A stretch of DNA of 64,000 nucleotides, from the NCBI RefSeq assembly GCF_009834535.1, contig NC_045701.1, positions 92,566,001 through 92,630,000 of the forward strand. The letters are read 5' to 3'. The translations under genes and the position numbers were made by a program. The notes under the pieces are model-generated. The model did no database searches. It was not told the origin of the DNA and saw only the letters and a list, made by a program, of their open reading frames with translations. Below, one piece after another: positions 59,540-64,000 of the stretch (the stretch's first letter is position 1; every line of letters starts with the position of its first letter). Source of the stretch: Camelus ferus. Lineage: Eukaryota.

Positions 59540-60550
59540 ATAAACACGTTTCAGAGTAAAGGTGTAGGACCTATACCCATATGAAGAAGACAGATCTTAC
59601 TGAAAGACACAAAACCCAAGCAGGTGGAAGCATGTGTGGGAGGCTCTATACCGTGAAAGGTGTCGTTGATATGCAGATACGGTGCAGCTCCAGCAGGAGT
59701 CCCAGTGAGGTGTCTTGTTGGAATTGGATAAAATTACCTTAAGATGTTTGTGGATGAAAAAATGCCTGAGGATTGACTCCTATTCGCGGGGCAGGGGAGC
59801 CTTGCCTAGACTGGGAAACCAGGGGCCGCTCAGGAAGGCAGAGGCAGACGTGGTCAATGTGGGAGAACGTACGGCCAGAGATGCCATGACCCGGCCGCTG
59901 TTGGTTGGAAAATGCTTGTGATGTAGATGACAGAGGGCTAATGCATACTGTACAAAAGCCTTCTAAAACTTTCCAGGAAAGAACAGCAGTCAAACAGAAA
60001 CACAGGACAACTGTATGGATGGGAGGCCCAAATCCTAATGGCCAAGAAACGTGGAAGTGCTCAAGCTCTTAATGGTAACGGGCTAGAAGCCAGGGCGCTT
60101 CACCCCACACGCTGGCGGCAAGGCTCTGGAAAGTGCCGTGTCGTTTGTTGCTGGTGGGAGGTGGAGGAAAACAGTAGTTACAGTTGCTGGTAGGTTATGA
60201 AGTGTTTTAGCTTCTTTGGGAATCAATCTGGCAGCACCCATGAGCGTTGAAAGTAGGCCTCTCCTGTCGCTTTGGTAAGTTGGAACAGCCACATGCACGG
60301 CGCGAGGCGGAGCAGCAGAAGCAGTGAGCTCCCATGGAGGGGAGCCAGGGAGGTGTGGCGTGGACGTGGGGTAGAGTGTGCTCTGTGCCAAGACCGAGTT
60401 CGGGGTCACAGCCATTACCTGAAGGGGTTTCCACGAGGAAGGGCACGTGGGAGCAGAAAGATGCAGAAATGCACAGGGTGTCATTTGGAAGTAAGCAGCT
60501 GAAACCCCCACTTTACAGGTACACATGTGTGCTGGTACATGTCTGGGTGG
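59540..60550 (+). mobile_element. Ancient L1 (L1ME-like) fragment, sense
   Basis: Decayed ORF2 3' segments (ggataaaattaccttaagatgtttgtggatgaaaaaatgcctgagg; ggaaaacagtagttacagttgctgg). Confidence 0.55.
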
Positions 60551-60599
60551 GGTTGAGAGCACAGAGGAATGTGGAAGGACAGGTTCTAGAGAAGGACCT

Positions 60600-60905
60600 C
60601 CAGAAGTCACCTGGGATGGGAGGTGTGGGAGGGCCCTTTTCATTCAGCTTTCTTCCTGCTGCTTTCCTAGAACTCAGACCTGATGACGGGAGCTTCAGCA
60701 GCCATCTTCAGCCCTGAGGCAACCTTGATGGTGGAAGCCACCCACAGACAGTGGCAGAACCTGGTTCCTGTCACCCACGGAGCCATCCCACTGGCCCTAC
60801 CTGGACCGCCCTCCTCTAGACTTTTTTTACCTGAGAGGGAGGTGAACTTTTTAAAGCCTCCATTGTTTTTGGTCTGTGTTACAAGCAGCCAAGCATAGTT
60901 CCTGT
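60600..60905 (+). mobile_element. Old MLT1 (J/K-like) LTR
   Basis: ggagcttcagcagccatctt...cctcctctagacttttttt...ggtctgtgttacaagcagccaagc. Confidence 0.6.
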
Positions 60906-61964
60906 TTGATATAGTACGTACTTTAAAAAAAAAAAAGCTTGAAAATTAAAAGAATACACATTCAGTCAACAAAGTGCTCAGTTACACGAGGAGTAGTGAC
61001 ACTCATGGCGGACCATGCACATGGCTTGGTCCTGGATGAAGTGTGGTTGTGCGTATTTTTTTGGACCTGCCTGAATTCCACATAACTCTTGACCCCTTGC
61101 CTCCCACTCTGAAAAGCCCAGGCTTCCTTTTAAGAGCACGGACTCCAGGTCATCGGAACTCAAGGGAGTAAATACTAAGCAGCTTGTCTCTCCAGCCTGA
61201 AGTTACCCTCTGCATTCAGGAACACGAAGGATGGGTCCGACCCGGGCCCTGCTGCGCGGACACCAGGAGCCAGGAGGGTGAGGTGGTCCACCAGTGGGCA
61301 GGTGCCACGGGAGCTCTGCCTGCAGACACGTTCCAGGACACCCCCTGGTCCTGCTTTTGTGCTGGAACGTGATCGCAGAACATTTAAGCTGAAGAGAGGG
61401 ATGCTGTTACAACCTCAGAGGAGGGGTTCAGTGTTGGAAGCCGTTGAGCAAAGACTTAGAGGAGCCTCACGTTGGGCTGAGCTGTTTAAGCCCTGCAATT
61501 GGGGGGCGGCACATTTTCTACATTTATAATATTTTCTTGCTTAAATTGCATTTCATAATGAGCTACTTAGACGGTTCAGCAAACCCAGTCTCCTAGACTG
61601 AGACCCGTGGAGCCGCGGCGCTGCCACCTAGCCATTTCCCATGGGGTTGCAGGTTTTGCCCCCACTGCTGGCGGTCCTGATAGCAAAGCTTTGGAAGCTT
61701 TTCTAAATGCTAGCTTGCAAATGACTAATAGTAGGGAATACCTAATAAATGAAATAAAAAAGCTGAGAAATCATGATGAGAAAGCAGAACTCCCAACTTT
61801 ATGGAAGCATTTTTATAAACATTGTGGAGAGTTATGTAGGTTTTATTGTTTGTATATTGTTGGTTATTTAGTTTTATTATAGAATAACTTGATTTTGGAT
61901 TTTATAATGTGCAAAGATATTACTAACTTTTTGATGTTCTCTCCTTTTTTTCATATAGCTCTAA

Positions 61965-64000
61965 ATAAGAGGTTATTTTTTAGGTGAGGTATAGCTTATA
62001 CACTTGGAAGCATACAGGTCCGTGTCACAGCTCAGCGAGAGCCGGAGGATTCACGCGGCCGCCCTGTGCTAAGGTAACAGACTGTTTCCATCCCCACGGG
62101 AAGCCCCCACGCACACGGCAGCGCTGGCTGCCCCCTCTCACGGTGGGGGGGCCCCGGCCCCCGCGGCCCTGGTGCGGATGGAGCCCGCGGTGCCGGCGCT
62201 GGGGCGCGTGCATGCGTGCGAACTGGGAGCTGGTTCTCTGACTGTTCACTGTACAAACACACCAGTTGTTTATCCTCTCTCCTTCTGATGGGCACGTGGG
62301 TCGTTTTCACTTTGCGCCCATCATGAGTACAGTTGCCACGAACAAGTCTTCACAGACGTGTGTTTTCATCTCTCCCGGATGGAAGCCTCCGAGTGGTTGG
62401 GTCAGGGTCGCAGAGCAGAGGGTGGTTTAGCTCTGAACACCACCGGGTTTTCCGAAGTAGTGGCTGCTTCGCGTCTTCTCTTCCCGTGTTCTTTAGAATT
62501 CTGTTCACCCCTCTGAGGAGTTACTTGCCTTTTATTCATCATTTATCTTACATTTTACCCGTGTCTTCCTTTAGGAAGTATTTGTTCAAGTCTCGTGCCC
62601 ATTCAGTGGGGCTTGTTTGTGTGTTTACTGTTGAGTTGCAGGAGTTCTTTATTTAGGATTTAAGTTCTTTGTCAGATACATGTTTCAGAAACATTTTACC
62701 CAGATCTTTCCTTGTGTGTTCGTTTTATTGTGCTAAAACCAAACAAAAATTACCATCTTAACCATTGAAAGATGTTAAGTGTATTTATATTATTGTGAAA
62801 CAGATCCCCAGAACTTTCTCATCTTGCAAATCTGAACCTCTGTCCGCATTGAACACCACCTCCCTTTCCTCCTACCCCAGCCCCTGGCACCTCCTGCTCT
62901 AAGTGTGTCTGCTTTAGAGACCTCGTGTAAGTAGGCTAACACAGCATTTAACTTTTCGTGACTGACTGACCTCGTTTAGCATAACATTCTCGTGGCTCAT
63001 CCATGTTGCAGCATGTGCAGAATTCCCCTCCTTTTCAAGGCTGAGTAATAGTCCGCTGTGTGGACAGGCCACGTTATCCTGCCATCCACCCGTGGGCACG
63101 TGGGGTGCGTGCACCTCGTGGCTGCTGTGAATAGTGCTGCTGTGAGCATGGCTGCAGGTACGTCCTCAGGATGCGGTTCCTGGTCCTCGTGCATGTGCAC
63201 CAGAGGGGGGGTTGGCGGGCCGCCTGCTGGCTCTATTTGTATTTTTTGAGGGAACTCCATACTGCTTCCCATGGTGACTGCTCCTTTAACACCCCACCCT
63301 GCGTGCACAGGCTTTAAGTTTGTCTGCATCCTCGCCAGCACTTGTTGTTTTCTGTTTGCTTGGTCACTGTCATCCACTGGATGTGAGTTGGTCTCTCCCT
63401 GCAGTTACGATTTGCACTCCTCTGATGATCCGCGATGCTGAGCACCTTTTCATGTGTGCATGGGTCATTTGTATATAATCTAGAGAAACGTCTCTCCAGG
63501 TCCTTTGTTCATTTCTTAATTGAGTTACATGATTTTTGCTGAGCTGCAGGGAGCCGTTATACATTCTGGATATTAGCCCTTATCATGATTTGCAAATATT
63601 TCCTTTGATTCTGTAGGTTGCTTTTTCCCTCTGTTGGTTGCATCATTTGATGCACGAAAGTTTTTAAGTCTGATGTAGTCCCGTTTGTCTCTTTTTTCTT
63701 CTGTTGTCTGTGCTTTTGATGTCACAGCCAAGGACTCACCGCCAAGTCTAGGGTCACAAAGCTTCCCCCGAGGTTTTCTCCTAGGGGTTTTGTCAGTTTC
63801 AGGTCTTACATTTAGGTCTTTAATCCGTTTTGAGTTATTTTTTATATGTGGTCTATTCATTTTTTTTAAGTGTCTTTAGATGAACAGTAGTTTGAGCTTT
63901 TGATGTTTATCAGTGTAAAATTTTTATTTTATGGTTAGTTCCTTAAGTTTCCTGAGAAATCTTTGTTGAAAACCAAGTCACAAAGAAGTTCTTCTGTTTT
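61965..64000 (-). mobile_element. Two adjacent old L1M 3' regions, antisense (~61965-62720 and ~62730-64000)
   Basis: ttttttaggtgaggtatag 3' end; cagaactttctcatcttgcaaatctgaacc L1MA/MB-type 3' UTR; ORF 63573-63860(-) IKNNSKRIKDLNVRPET is L1 ORF2. Confidence 0.88.

Noticed and set aside
61607-61882. 91-aa ORF with a helical-looking middle, possibly a transposase relic
   Set aside because: GTG start, no catalytic motif, no TIRs identified.
52100-64000. Syntenic neighbours ASPG and RD3L
   Set aside because: No exon resembling either protein was recognised; by recall RD3L lies in a 5' TDRD9 intron upstream of the window and ASPG further downstream.

Overview
Mammalian genomic DNA, most likely a camelid (three tRNA-derived SINEs of the camelid Vic-1 type), from a draft assembly with two N gaps. 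The + strand carries the last 29 coding exons of TDRD9, the piRNA-pathway DExH helicase/Tudor protein, from 9 to 51419. All 28 introns between them are GT-AG. The exons join without stop or frameshift into 3135 nt (1044 aa + TAG) containing helicase motifs IV, V and VI, an HA2-like region and a Tudor domain. By recall of the human gene these are probably exons 8-36. The 3' UTR has ATTAAA (51650) and AATAAA (52043). Introns and the downstream region hold L1, L2, MIR, MLT1, MER21, MER2, other LTR-like remnants and SINEs. Best unexplained structures: (1) a TSD-flanked, polyadenylated 632-bp retrocopy of an unidentified 3' UTR carrying scrambled L1 pieces; (2) an orphan CpG-island promoter right behind the TDRD9 poly(A) signal, with a candidate first exon and a candidate L1-derived second exon at an inversion junction; (3) a G-rich ~42-bp minisatellite; (4) several tandem or duplicated splice acceptors. 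I see no convincing new protein-coding system; most long ORFs in the track are GC-rich, repeat or minisatellite artefacts. Repeat family names and boundaries come from recalled consensus sequences and are approximate.
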